DNA of 64,000 nt, from positions 64,001 to 128,000 of the forward strand of contig CAWGXH010000003.1 in assembly GCA_963826525.1 (NCBI GenBank). Direction: 5' to 3'. The notes beneath the pieces were generated by a model. It was not told where the DNA came from and made no database searches. It worked only from the letters and a program-made list of their open reading frames with translations. Position numbers and translations under genes: made by a program. This stretch comes from an uncultured Methanomicrobiaceae archaeon (GTDB lineage Archaea > Halobacteriota > Methanomicrobia > Methanomicrobiales > Methanoculleaceae). Below, one piece after another: positions 1-9,527 of the stretch (its first letter is position 1; the number at the start of each line of letters is the position of its first letter).

Positions 1-99
1 CTGAAGCGGGAAGAGCACGAGGTGGCGCTTCCTGAAGAGATCATGACTCCGGCCCGTCGTGCGGTTGAGCGGATGCTGGCCGTTCCGGAAGTGAACTAG
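1..99 (+). CDS. nadA: Quinolinate synthase, C-terminal end (truncated by window edge)
   Basis: Frame 1 reads LKREEHEVALPEEIMTPARRAVERMLAVPEVN*, typical of the NadA C-terminus; directly precedes nadC. Confidence 0.75.
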   Translation: MKREEHEVALPEEIMTPARRAVERMLAVPEVN

Positions 100-954
100 G
101 TGATCCCGATCGATCGCCTCCTCCGGTTCATCGAGGAGGATGCTCCCTGGGGGGACGTGACGAGCGACGCCGTCATCCCCGACGTCGTCTGCAGGGCGGA
201 GGTGCATGCAAAGGCATCGGGAACGATCGCCGGCCTTGCTGAGGCACGGGCGCTCTTTGAGCACTACGGCGTGGTCGTGCGGCAGCGAATCGCCGACGGA
301 CGGGCGGTCTCTTCCGGCCAGACGCTTCTTGAGCTCGAGGGGCCGGCAAAGGCAATCCTGCTTGTGGAGCGGACGGCGCTCAATATCATCGGGCGGATGA
401 GCGGGATAGCGACGAAGACCCGATCCTCTGTCGAGACGGTGCGGGCGATCTCCCCGCACGTCCGCATCACCGCAACGAGAAAGACCTGCCCCGGGATTCG
501 GATCCTCGATAAAAAAGCGGTCGAGCTCGGGGGCGGCGATCCCCACCGCTTCACGCTCAGCGATATGATCCTGATAAAAGACAACCACCTCGCCGTCGTC
601 CCGCTCACCGACGCCGTCCGGAAAGCCCGTGCGGCAAGCCTCTACCGCACCGTCGAGGTGGAGGTCGAATCCCCCGGAGACGCCGTTCTTGCTGCAAAGG
701 CCGGTGCGGATATCGTGCTGCTCGATAACATGCCGCCGGAGGATGTGCGCGGTGCGATCCTTGCCCTCGAGGAAGCGGGACTTCGGCAGCATCTCACGGT
801 CGAGGTCTCGGGGGGGGTCACCGGAGCGACTCTGGCGGCGTATGCCCGCACGGGTGCCGATTCCGTCAGTATGGGCGCCCTCACCCACTCGGTCGAGAAC
901 TTCGACGTGAGTCTTACGATCCTGAAGGGCGTGCAGTCGTTCCGTCTCGAATAG
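100..954 (+). CDS. nadC: Nicotinate-nucleotide pyrophosphorylase (carboxylating)
   Basis: EDAPWGDVT, ERTALN, TRKTCPG, LIKDNH, EVEVE, LLDNM, SGG, SMGALTHS motifs. Confidence 0.95.
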   Translation: MIPIDRLLRFIEEDAPWGDVTSDAVIPDVVCRAEVHAKASGTIAGLAEARALFEHYGVVVRQRIADGRAVSSGQTLLELEGPAKAILLVERTALNIIGRMSGIATKTRSSVETVRAISPHVRITATRKTCPGIRILDKKAVELGGGDPHRFTLSDMILIKDNHLAVVPLTDAVRKARAASLYRTVEVEVESPGDAVLAAKAGADIVLLDNMPPEDVRGAILALEEAGLRQHLTVEVSGGVTGATLAAYARTGADSVSMGALTHSVENFDVSLTILKGVQSFRLE

Positions 955-959
955 CGGCG

Positions 960-2387
960 TTACCGGACAGCCCCTGCCCGCTCAGGACCTATATACCTGC
1001 TCAATGTCTGCTGCCGCGCTCCGGTCTCCGGCAGCCGGGGCTTCCCCCGGCAGGACCTGGCTCGCTTCCTGCTGCGCGCAGCCTTCTTCTCGCCCTCCGG
1101 GGTGGCAGGCTCATTTTTTAAGAGGAACTCCCGGACCTTTCTTGACTCGAGCCAGCCTTCGTCGAGCTGTCTGACCGTCTCGTTAATCTTCCGCACCTGC
1201 TGGCGGATCCGTTCGGACTGCTCGCCTTCCATCAGATCCGCCCACCCGAGAATCACCTGCAGGGGATGGCGGAGATGGTCGCCGAGGATGGCAAACTGCT
1301 CGATATTCTTCTCGATCTGGTCGTATGCATGCTGCTTGACGACGACCTTATCCGTAACGTCGCGGCAGACCCCTTCATACCCGATCACGACATCGCACCC
1401 GGTGATCGGCGACGCATGGATCTCAACGACGGATCTGCTGCCGTCGGCGCGCACGAGCTCCGCCTGCAGCCATCCGCCTTCCGTCTGTCCCCCGAGTGCC
1501 GTCCAGAACTGCGCGAGTTCCTGGTCGAAGGGTGGAAGGAGGAACTCGCCAAGACCCTTTCCGATCACACCCTCGGCAGCGTATCCGAAGACCTTCTCTA
1601 CAGCGTGCGAGATGAAGGTGATCGTGCCCTTTGCATCGCAGATGAAGATGACATCGGCACTGGTGTGGGCGATATGCCGGAGCCGCTCTTCACTGGTGCA
1701 GGGTCTGCTGCCGGATCGCCGTCGCGGGATCTGTTCGACTCCCCTCCAGCGGCCGTTCTGTTTAATCAGCATAAAGTCGTGACCGGCTGCAGCGTCGACG
1801 ATTCCGGAGACGCTGCACCGGCGAAGGGAATAGGTGCAGAGGGCGATCATCCTGCGGCTATCGATGATCCCGTGGAGAGCGGCTCCGGCGCGGCCGAATG
1901 CTTCGGAGTTCTCCGTCTCAAACGAGGGCATATTCCCGAGCAGGAATATCCCCGTATATCCCTGTTCCAGTGCATGCTCCTCTGCGGCGATCCACCTGTT
2001 CACGATCGTCTCGGGATCGGGGCTGCCGTTCGCAGAAAAGACCTCGTCGCAGCTCATGAAGGTGATCCGGCCGGACGAGACGTACTCATCGAACCCGGGG
2101 AGAACTCTGCGAAGAGCCCTTCGTGCATCGCCGGTGCTGAAGGGTGGCGACATCACACAGATGCAAGCGGCGTCCCTCTCGACGGCCGCCCTGATGAACG
2201 GGACGGCGAGCTCGGCAAGTTCTTGCCGGTTCTGGTACAGCATGCCGATCTGCGTTCCCCAGGGAACGGTTACGAAGGCATCGTTCTCCGGGATACTGTT
2301 TCTGTCTTTCGTCATAATTCCCATCCTGCTGTGCCCTTCTCTAGTTTCTCTCTTCTCCGGATTCGGGAGGGCCGCATGGCCGGTCAC
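960..2387 (-). CDS. MEDS-domain + PAS-domain sensory protein with C-terminal H-box-like helical tail and no ATPase domain
   Basis: N-terminal MEDS-like region (FIRAAVERDAACICV...LCTYSL...HDF), PAS region (ADVIFICDAKGTITFISHAVEKVFGY...GVCRDVT), tail FAILGDHLRHPLQVILG; start uncertain. Confidence 0.75.
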   Translation of the reverse strand: MTGHAALPNPEKRETREGHSRMGIMTKDRNSIPENDAFVTVPWGTQIGMLYQNRQELAELAVPFIRAAVERDAACICVMSPPFSTGDARRALRRVLPGFDEYVSSGRITFMSCDEVFSANGSPDPETIVNRWIAAEEHALEQGYTGIFLLGNMPSFETENSEAFGRAGAALHGIIDSRRMIALCTYSLRRCSVSGIVDAAAGHDFMLIKQNGRWRGVEQIPRRRSGSRPCTSEERLRHIAHTSADVIFICDAKGTITFISHAVEKVFGYAAEGVIGKGLGEFLLPPFDQELAQFWTALGGQTEGGWLQAELVRADGSRSVVEIHASPITGCDVVIGYEGVCRDVTDKVVVKQHAYDQIEKNIEQFAILGDHLRHPLQVILGWADLMEGEQSERIRQQVRKINETVRQLDEGWLESRKVREFLLKNEPATPEGEKKAARSRKRARSCRGKPRLPETGARQQTLSRYIGPERAGAVR

Positions 2388-2705
2388 ATTGTTTTTTTTC
2401 CCGAACAGAGAGGCTCATGGGTGTTTGGGGAATACCAACTGTATTATACCTCACGTTTTATTTAATAAAAAGATTTCCCATGTCCGTATATAAATCCCTG
2501 CGTGGCCAATCCGGTGAAAAGACTCCCTATGGGCTTGCAATCGTGCTCTGCCGCAGGGTGCCAGGAGTCGGTAAGATACCTGCCTTCACCGGTTCCCGGG
2601 ATATCCGGGAAAAGTGGTGCATTCCTGTTCTGCTGAAAAGAGGTGGGTACGATTCCGAATAGTTCAGGGGAGCGTGGACGACTCCATCCGATCACCGGTC
2701 CGGCA

Positions 2706-3135
2706 TCAGGGGGTGACGGGGATGTCTTCCATCTCGAGTTCGTCCAGGAACGGCATGAGCCCTTTGACGTACGGTGCGGTGCCTGCCTGCCCTTCCTGCA
2801 CAAGCTCCCCGTAGGCAAGGATCTCGATGACCAGCGGTATGTCGCTTAAGCGCTGGGCAAACTGAGGGTCGGATTCGTTTGCAAACTGCAGGAAGGCATC
2901 CAGTTTGATGAACGGGCGCTCGAAATCCGGGACATCGCAGGTACTCGTCAATATCGCTCTCAAGTGTGGATTCGCGCGCCAGTTCCTCTTCAAAGTAGAG
3001 GAAGATGTCGATCTGCTGCTCCTCTCGGATCGTATCGAGATCCCTGATGTCGATCTTCGCTCCGGGAGCGATCCCCCTCTTCTCAAGTTCCGGAGGGAAT
3101 GATGCGCTCTCCTGTGTACCGGTTGGGTCAGCCAT
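2706..3135 (-). CDS. Acidic hypothetical protein (about 143 aa), split by one frameshift near 2940
   Basis: ORF 2692..3135 N-part (MADPTG...DIDEY) joins ORF 2706..3086 C-part (CDVPDFERPF...EDIPVTP); D/E-rich throughout. Confidence 0.6.
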
Positions 3136-3266
3136 ACTAGATCACAATAGCAGACGTACTACAAAAATGATCTGTCTTGTTCCGGCCGCGGAGAGTATCA
3201 TATCGGGGGATGGGTGCAAACGCTTATAGTTCGGCCGCCACAGAAGAGGGGAGAGAGGGTTAGCAG

Positions 3267-3809
3267 ATGGATGAAACCGGTCACCCGGATCCGATCAGGG
3301 AAGCCGATGAGAATGGCCAGGCATCGGTAATCCGAATGTATCTCTCAATGCTCGAGTCGCATAACCTCACCGACCGGTGGCGGGCTGCGGAGGCTCTCGG
3401 GGAGCTTGGGGATGCCCGTGCCGTTCAGCCGCTCATCCGGGCGCTTCAAGACGAGTACGCCGAAGTCCGCTGGAAAGCCGCCCGGTCACTCGGGGTTATC
3501 GATGGCCGGGTTGCCGTGGAACCGTTGATCCGCACGCTGGGGGATGAGGATCCGTGGGTTCGGACGGGGGCGGCGCAGGCGCTTGGGAGGATCGGCGATC
3601 CGCGTGCGGTCGAACCGCTCATCACCCTGCTCCGGGACAGTAAGCCGAGAGTGCGGATAGCCGCTGCGTGGGCGCTTGGAAAGATCGGGAACTCCCGTGC
3701 CCGTGAACCGCTCCTCCGGCTTGAGAACGATCCCGATGCCGGGGTACGCGTTGCCGTCGTCCGGGCGCTTGGAGAGATCCCGACCGAACGGGAGATCCCC
3801 GTAGCGTGA
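3267..3809 (+). CDS. HEAT-repeat (PBS lyase-like) protein
   Basis: Five repeats of the form VRxxAAxALGxIGDxRAVEPLIxxLxD. Confidence 0.9.
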   Translation: MDETGHPDPIREADENGQASVIRMYLSMLESHNLTDRWRAAEALGELGDARAVQPLIRALQDEYAEVRWKAARSLGVIDGRVAVEPLIRTLGDEDPWVRTGAAQALGRIGDPRAVEPLITLLRDSKPRVRIAAAWALGKIGNSRAREPLLRLENDPDAGVRVAVVRALGEIPTEREIPVA

Positions 3810-3939
3810 GTACATCCGGCCAGAGGCTTTTGAGATTTAAGCCTTTTTCCATGCTCTTTTTTTCTGAAAAGACCTCGCACGATCGGAATCGGTTATCGTG
3901 CCATTTATATCGGATTAGGTGACAATCACAGAAGTAAGT

Positions 3940-4374
3940 ATGGATCTCTTCATGAAATGCGCCATTGAAGAGGCGGAATGCGGCCGCAGCGAGGGAGGCA
4001 TCCCTATCGGTTCGGTTCTCGTCAAAGAGGGCAAAATAATTGGAAAAGGGCGCAACAGAAGGGTGCAGCAGAATGATCCGGTTCTTCACGCCGAGATCGA
4101 CTGCATCAGGAATGCCGGCAGAATCGGGAGTTACCGGGGCACGACGATCTACTCGACCCTGATGCCGTGCTACCTCTGCGCCGGTGCGGTTGTCCAGTTC
4201 GGCATCGAAAAAGTCGTTGCCGGGGAGTCGGAGAACTTCGAGGGTGCCCGTGAGTTCCTGGAACTGCACGGCGTCGAGGTTATCGACCTCGACCTTGCGG
4301 TCTGCAAAGAGATGATGCGGGAGTTCATCACCGAGCACCCGGAGATCTGGTACGAGGATATCGGCGAAGAGTAA
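3940..4374 (+). CDS. Nucleoside/cytosine deaminase family protein
   Basis: HAEIDC and PCYLC zinc motifs, GGIPIGSVL; ATG at 3940 preferred over GTG at 3919. Confidence 0.9.
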   Translation: MDLFMKCAIEEAECGRSEGGIPIGSVLVKEGKIIGKGRNRRVQQNDPVLHAEIDCIRNAGRIGSYRGTTIYSTLMPCYLCAGAVVQFGIEKVVAGESENFEGAREFLELHGVEVIDLDLAVCKEMMREFITEHPEIWYEDIGEE

Positions 4375-4389
4375 CCGCCTGATCCGGGT

Positions 4390-5223
4390 ATGGAACCGAT
4401 CCTTCTTGAGCCGACTGCCGCTCTCGTGATGCGGTGGGCTCTGCCGCTCTACCGGGCCGGCATCGCCGGCCGTTTCGTCGCGTCGCTCGATCTTGCGGGC
4501 GGGCGGGAACTCCACGAGCGTTGCAGCGCTGTCTGCGACTGGTACGGTGAGGTGATCCTGAACCGGAAACACTGTATCGGCTCGCTGATCCGCCTGCAGA
4601 TCGCGGGAACGGAGGATGATGTCCGCGTCGTCATCCTCGCGGCAGGCAGATCCCCGCTCGGGCTCGAACTTGCAGCCGACGGCAGTCTCAGTATCTCCTC
4701 GATCGTCGAGGTCGATATTGTCGGGATGGAGGAGAAAGCGGCGCTCTATGCAGAGATCGACCCGATTTCCTGCCGGCGGATCCGGTGCCTGACCGCCGAT
4801 ATCACCGCACGAGATCTTCGCGAGGTGCTCGGGCCGGAGGTCTCCGGTGCTCCGTCGATCGTCCTGCTCGAAGGCATCAGCTACTACCTCTCGGAGCGGG
4901 AACTCGCGAGGATTCTCCTGGCATTCCGGTCTGAAGATCGAAGCAACAGGTTTGTCCTTGAGTATCTGCTGCCGTGCGATGCCGTCAGGCCGGAGCGCCG
5001 GGCGATTCCGCGGGAGATCTTCCGGATTATCGGAGAGAGTGCCGGTCTTGCCGCTATCCGGGCATATGCCCCGGACGAAGTCGACCGGATTGTCGCAGCC
5101 TCCGGCGGTGCGGTCGACGTCCACTACCGCATGAACCGTATGGAGCGGCGACGCACCGGTGAGACCCGCTACTTCCCCGGCGAGGCGGACGGGTGGATCT
5201 CCTGCTGCAGAGGACGGATCTGA
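4390..5223 (+). CDS. Class I SAM-dependent methyltransferase (leucine carboxyl methyltransferase-like)
   Basis: VVILAAGRSPL, IVEVD, ADIT, LLEGISYYL motifs. Confidence 0.7.
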   Translation: MEPILLEPTAALVMRWALPLYRAGIAGRFVASLDLAGGRELHERCSAVCDWYGEVILNRKHCIGSLIRLQIAGTEDDVRVVILAAGRSPLGLELAADGSLSISSIVEVDIVGMEEKAALYAEIDPISCRRIRCLTADITARDLREVLGPEVSGAPSIVLLEGISYYLSERELARILLAFRSEDRSNRFVLEYLLPCDAVRPERRAIPREIFRIIGESAGLAAIRAYAPDEVDRIVAASGGAVDVHYRMNRMERRRTGETRYFPGEADGWISCCRGRI

Positions 5224-5284
5224 TGCCCTTATCCCTGCCGGAAGACCACGGATAAAGTACGAACTATCCTAGGGGATACTGCTC

Positions 5285-6106
5285 TTGACCTCTCCCACGC
5301 TCTTTCGCTCCGGCCTTCTCGCGATCGCTCTGACGCTTACGGTCTTTTCGATGGGTTACCTGCTCGGGAGCCTGCCGCCTGGAACCGCTTCCGAGGACGG
5401 GCGCGACGTCCTCTACCAGGTCTCGACGATAGACGCTCTCCTGCTCGGGGTGTATGACGGAACGGCGTCGATCGACGACCTTGCCGGGCATGGCGACTTC
5501 GGGCTTGGCTGCTTCGATGCTCTCGACGGCGAGATGCTCGCCCTCGACGGCGTCTACTATCAACTGCCCGTCGACGGCCGCGTCCGCGTGGCTCTGCCGA
5601 ATGCGACGGTTCCGTTCGCCGCCGTGACCTTCTTCGATCCCGAGATAACCCTCCCTCTGGAGAATGTGGAGAACCTGACCTGTCTTGAGGCAGAGATCGA
5701 TGCGTTCCTCCCCTCGAAGAACTACTTCTCCGCAGTCCGGATCGACGGCACCTTCGCCTTCGTGAAAGTGAGAAGCGTTCCCCGGCAGGAGAAGCCCTAC
5801 CCGCCTCTCACCGAGGTGATCGCGGGGGAGCCGGCTATCTTCACGCTCGAGAACGTCACCGGCACTGCCGTCGGATTCCGCTCGCCTGCGTTTGTGGCAG
5901 GGGTGAACGTTCCGGGCTACCACCTCCACTTCATCACCGACGACCGTGCGGCCGGCGGCCACATCCTCGATCTCGTCCTCGAAGAAGGAACGGCCGCGGT
6001 CGATAATACCCCGGCGTTCTTCATGCAGCTTCCTCCCGGCGAGGATTTTGCCGGGGCGGATCTGACCCTCGATCAGCAGGAAGCACTTAAAAAAGTAGAG
6101 CGATAG
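5285..6106 (+). CDS. budA: Alpha-acetolactate decarboxylase with N-terminal hydrophobic anchor
   Basis: LYQVSTIDALLLGVYDG, GDFGLGCFDALDGEM, VRSVPRQEKPYPPL, GYHLHF and GGH zinc motifs. Confidence 0.9.
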   Translation: MTSPTLFRSGLLAIALTLTVFSMGYLLGSLPPGTASEDGRDVLYQVSTIDALLLGVYDGTASIDDLAGHGDFGLGCFDALDGEMLALDGVYYQLPVDGRVRVALPNATVPFAAVTFFDPEITLPLENVENLTCLEAEIDAFLPSKNYFSAVRIDGTFAFVKVRSVPRQEKPYPPLTEVIAGEPAIFTLENVTGTAVGFRSPAFVAGVNVPGYHLHFITDDRAAGGHILDLVLEEGTAAVDNTPAFFMQLPPGEDFAGADLTLDQQEALKKVER

Positions 6107-6108
6107 GA

Positions 6109-6558
6109 TCAGCGGACGATGAGGATAGGGGGTGTGACCTCCCCGGCAATCTCTTCGAAGAGCGTGCTGATCCTGCTCTTTCCGCTCCGGCCGTACGCAC
6201 CCATGACGACCAGCGAGTACTCTCCGGCGTTTGCCTCCCGGATCACCTCGTCGCGGGTAATGCCCTCGACGATCTTCGACGAGCAGGTGAGGTGCTCTTT
6301 GTTATAGTGATACAGGATCGCCGCGAGTTCATCCTGAATATTCTTCTTCATGTCTCGCCAGATCTGGACTTCGTAATCCTTCACCCGGTCGCAGATGCCG
6401 CTCTGCGCACAGAAGTTGAAGGCCATTGCTCTGGCCTCCCTGATATCGAGGACCGAGAAGAAGACCACTTCCGCTCCTTTCTTCTTGGCAATGGAGATTG
6501 CGTGCAACGCTGCTTTCTGGCTCCATTTGGAGCCGTCGAGGAGAACGAGATACTTCAT
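6109..6558 (-). CDS. Universal stress protein
   Basis: YLVLLDGSKWSQKAA, LVVMGAYGRSG, PILIVR; typical USP fold motifs. Confidence 0.85.
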   Translation of the reverse strand: MKYLVLLDGSKWSQKAALHAISIAKKKGAEVVFFSVLDIREARAMAFNFCAQSGICDRVKDYEVQIWRDMKKNIQDELAAILYHYNKEHLTCSSKIVEGITRDEVIREANAGEYSLVVMGAYGRSGKSRISTLFEEIAGEVTPPILIVR

Positions 6559-6561
6559 ATT

Positions 6562-7884
6562 TTACACCACATACATCATCCAGAGTATTCCTAAACCCAC
6601 CGCCACCGTCACGGCCAGCACCAGCATCCCGAGTTTCAGGAAGTCGATAAAGGTAATGGCGATTCCCTCACGCTCGGCGATACCGAGCACGACCACGTTT
6701 GCAGACGCTGCTATCGCCGAGCCGTTGCCGCCGAGACAGGCTCCAAGGGAGAGTGCCCACCAGAGTGGGTAGACATCCATCGTCGCGCTCAGATCGTGAA
6801 TGAGCGGTATCATCGCCGCCGTCAGGGGTATGTTGTCCACCACGGCCGATGCAATCGCGGCGAACCAGGTGACGATGATCATCGCTTCGCCGGTCGAGTG
6901 GACGTTGCTGATCACAAACGCTGCGATCTCGGCGATGACACCGGTCTGAACCAGTGCCCCGACAATGATAAAGAGGCCGCCGAAGAAGAAGAGCGCCGGC
7001 CACTCGACCTTCTCGAAGATCATCTCCGGAGCCTCGCGACTCCAGAAGAGGATGATCGCAGCCCCGATGAGGGCGACTTCGGCAGGTTCGAATGTCATCG
7101 TCGGGTCGACGAACGGCAGGAAGGTATGCAGGATACTGCCGATGTCGTTGTGGACGAAGAAGAGGAAGACCACAAAGAGGATGACGATCACCGATTTGTT
7201 AAAGAGCGCCTTATCCCGGATGGCCGCCCGCTCATCGAGGCCGTTCAATGTCTTGACGAGGACATTCCGCTCTTCCGCCGTGACTTTCATGCCCCTGCCG
7301 TAGAGGAGGTACATCATCCCGATGAGTATGACCATGTCCACGAGGGCGATAGGGCCCATGTTGAAGATGAACTCGTTGAAGGAGAGACCTGCCGAGGACG
7401 CGATCATAATATTCGGGGGATCCCCGATGAGCGTCGCCGCCCCGCCGATGTTCGAGGCGAAGATCTCGGAGACCAGAAACGGGATCGGGTTGAGTTTCAT
7501 CAGATTTGCGACGTAGAGGAGCATCGGGGTGAGGAGCAGCACGGTCGTGACGTTGTCGAGGAACGCACTCACTATCGCCGTCACCGCCATGAAGAGGATG
7601 AGGATCAGGATCGGGCTTCCCCGCGCGAGTTTCGTCGTCCTGATGGCGATATACTCGAAGAGACCGCTGTTCCGTGCGGTATTGACGATGATCATCATCC
7701 CCATCAGAAGGAAGATGGTGCCGAGATCGAGGTATTCGAGGAGCGAGTCCCACGGGATGATCCCGAGGAAGATAACAACGGCCGCTCCGGCCATGGCTGC
7801 TACCGCCCGGTGGATCCGCTCGTCTATGATCAGAATGTAGGTGAGCAGAAATACGACTATTGCCAGCAGCGCGACGCCGTCCAT
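6562..7884 (-). CDS. ArsB/NhaD (ion transporter superfamily) permease
   Basis: Many TM segments; SAFLDNVTT, SNIGGAATLIGDPPNIMI, VDNIP, LGGNGSAIAASAN motifs. Confidence 0.9.
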   Translation of the reverse strand: MDGVALLAIVVFLLTYILIIDERIHRAVAAMAGAAVVIFLGIIPWDSLLEYLDLGTIFLLMGMMIIVNTARNSGLFEYIAIRTTKLARGSPILILILFMAVTAIVSAFLDNVTTVLLLTPMLLYVANLMKLNPIPFLVSEIFASNIGGAATLIGDPPNIMIASSAGLSFNEFIFNMGPIALVDMVILIGMMYLLYGRGMKVTAEERNVLVKTLNGLDERAAIRDKALFNKSVIVILFVVFLFFVHNDIGSILHTFLPFVDPTMTFEPAEVALIGAAIILFWSREAPEMIFEKVEWPALFFFGGLFIIVGALVQTGVIAEIAAFVISNVHSTGEAMIIVTWFAAIASAVVDNIPLTAAMIPLIHDLSATMDVYPLWWALSLGACLGGNGSAIAASANVVVLGIAEREGIAITFIDFLKLGMLVLAVTVAVGLGILWMMYVV

Positions 7885-7892
7885 GACTCCAC

Positions 7893-8435
7893 CTAGTAGA
7901 TGATCGCGGGGCTCTTCACCCGCTGGCAGATCCGGAGGGCAAGCGGGCTCAAGGATGCGGCCTCAGACTCTCCGTCCCCGTAGTGCTTCGATATCGCGAG
8001 CATATCAAAGTCCGTCGCCATCTGTATCACGTCGTCGCCTTTCTGGCCGATGAAAAGCCGGGCCTGCGTCGTGATCCCGCGCTTCTCGAGCTGGCGTGAT
8101 ACCATTGCGAGGATCTCTTCTCCATGCGCCTCTTTCTTCTTCCGGAAGTCTTCGATCGTCTCCTGATCGAGCGTCTGCTCCAGGATCGAGTAGACCCGGG
8201 CGTCCGTTATGTATGCGAGCGAGACCCTGGCATCGTAGGCGGAGAGAACCTCAACGAGATCGTCCGGGAGTTCTCCGGTGAAGACGTCCAGGGGCAGCAG
8301 GATAGCATGCACCTCGGGAACGATCATCTCCTCTTCGGTCAGCAGGAACTCGCCGTACTCCTTCAGGACGGCCTCGTAGCGCTTCCCGACAATATCCTTG
8401 AACTTTCGTTGAATTAAGGACGAGTAATATCCCAT
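7893..8435 (-). CDS. Divergent universal stress protein-like
   Basis: ILLPLDVF, FDMLAISKHYG and KSPAIIY in USP-like arrangement; co-oriented with the transporter. Confidence 0.6.
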   Translation of the reverse strand: MGYYSSLIQRKFKDIVGKRYEAVLKEYGEFLLTEEEMIVPEVHAILLPLDVFTGELPDDLVEVLSAYDARVSLAYITDARVYSILEQTLDQETIEDFRKKKEAHGEEILAMVSRQLEKRGITTQARLFIGQKGDDVIQMATDFDMLAISKHYGDGESEAASLSPLALRICQRVKSPAIIY

Positions 8436-8553
8436 TGTAATGCTCTCCTAGAGTATCTGATTGGTGGGAGTTAATATTTTGGTCTCCTCGTGATCAGCAG
8501 ATCTTCCGGTTTTCCGGATTTCAACCCTTTGGAAAGGCTCTTCAACAGAGCCG

Positions 8554-9090
8554 TCAACCCTGCCGCCCCCCGAGCGCTTCCCGGCAGGCAGCGCAGAACT
8601 GCTTTCTCTTCCGATCAAGCTCGTCGAGGGTCGCCGGCCGGAACATAATGCACTCCCGGTCGGCGCAGTGATCGAGGCCGAGGAGATGCCCGATCTCGTG
8701 AGCCCCCTCTTTTGCCGTCCGATCGATGAGATCGTCGTCATTTGCCGCGCGGTTGTAGTAGGTATTGTCGAGGCGTGCGGTGGAGACGACGGCGGCACCC
8801 GCTGCCTTTCGCGCAAGGCCGAAGACAAAGTCGCAGTTCTGCACGAAGAGGTCACGGCTCGTAACGAGAAGCAGAGGGTCTGTTATTCCGTATCGTCGAA
8901 TGAACGTATTCTGGAGCCGATCCAGGATCTTCCGTGCATCGTACTGATCGCGGTCCCGGTCATATCCGTCCGCCAGGAGCGGGTGCTCGATGATCTCGAC
9001 CTCCCGGCAAAGAAGCATCGAGATGAGGCGGGAGACGGGGACCTCGAGACCCTGAGGTGCCTGCTGATCCCAAAGAATTTTGATGCCCAT
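8554..9090 (-). CDS. amzA: Archaemetzincin zinc metalloprotease
   Basis: HEIGHLLGLDHC...CIM...FCAAC metzincin plus Cys4 motif; FVFGLA. Confidence 0.92.
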   Translation of the reverse strand: MGIKILWDQQAPQGLEVPVSRLISMLLCREVEIIEHPLLADGYDRDRDQYDARKILDRLQNTFIRRYGITDPLLLVTSRDLFVQNCDFVFGLARKAAGAAVVSTARLDNTYYNRAANDDDLIDRTAKEGAHEIGHLLGLDHCADRECIMFRPATLDELDRKRKQFCAACREALGGRQG

Positions 9091-9107
9091 TACCTAATCT
9101 CTGGGTA

Positions 9108-9527
9108 ATGAGTGGGCATAAACGTATTGAGCGGAATATCGGGGAGTTTATTGCTGCCCGGTACCGGGAAGCTGTAGAGATCGGGATCGGCAACAATCCG
9201 GATGCCGCACGGATAGTCGCCGCCGCCGGAGCTCTTCGGCGCTGCACCGACATCCGTCCCGGGCTCTCGCACGAGGGCCTCTCTGTGACCGTTGACGATA
9301 TCTTCGAACCGGATCCTGCCCTCTATGCAGGGGCGGATGTGCTCTATGCCGTCAGGCCCGGTATTGAGATGATTCCGCCCCTGATAGAGCTCGCCCGTCG
9401 TGTCGATGCCGATCTCCTGGTGTACCATCTCGGTTTTGAAATATACGAAGACGGGGGAGAGATCGTCGACCCTCGCATTATCCTTCGGCGCTACCATCGC
9501 CGGCGCGATCAGAAGAGTGTCGCCTGA
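9108..9527 (+). CDS. UPF0146 family protein
   Basis: [22 protein letters not shown] motifs. Confidence 0.8.
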   Translation: MSGHKRIERNIGEFIAARYREAVEIGIGNNPDAARIVAAAGALRRCTDIRPGLSHEGLSVTVDDIFEPDPALYAGADVLYAVRPGIEMIPPLIELARRVDADLLVYHLGFEIYEDGGEIVDPRIILRRYHRRRDQKSVA

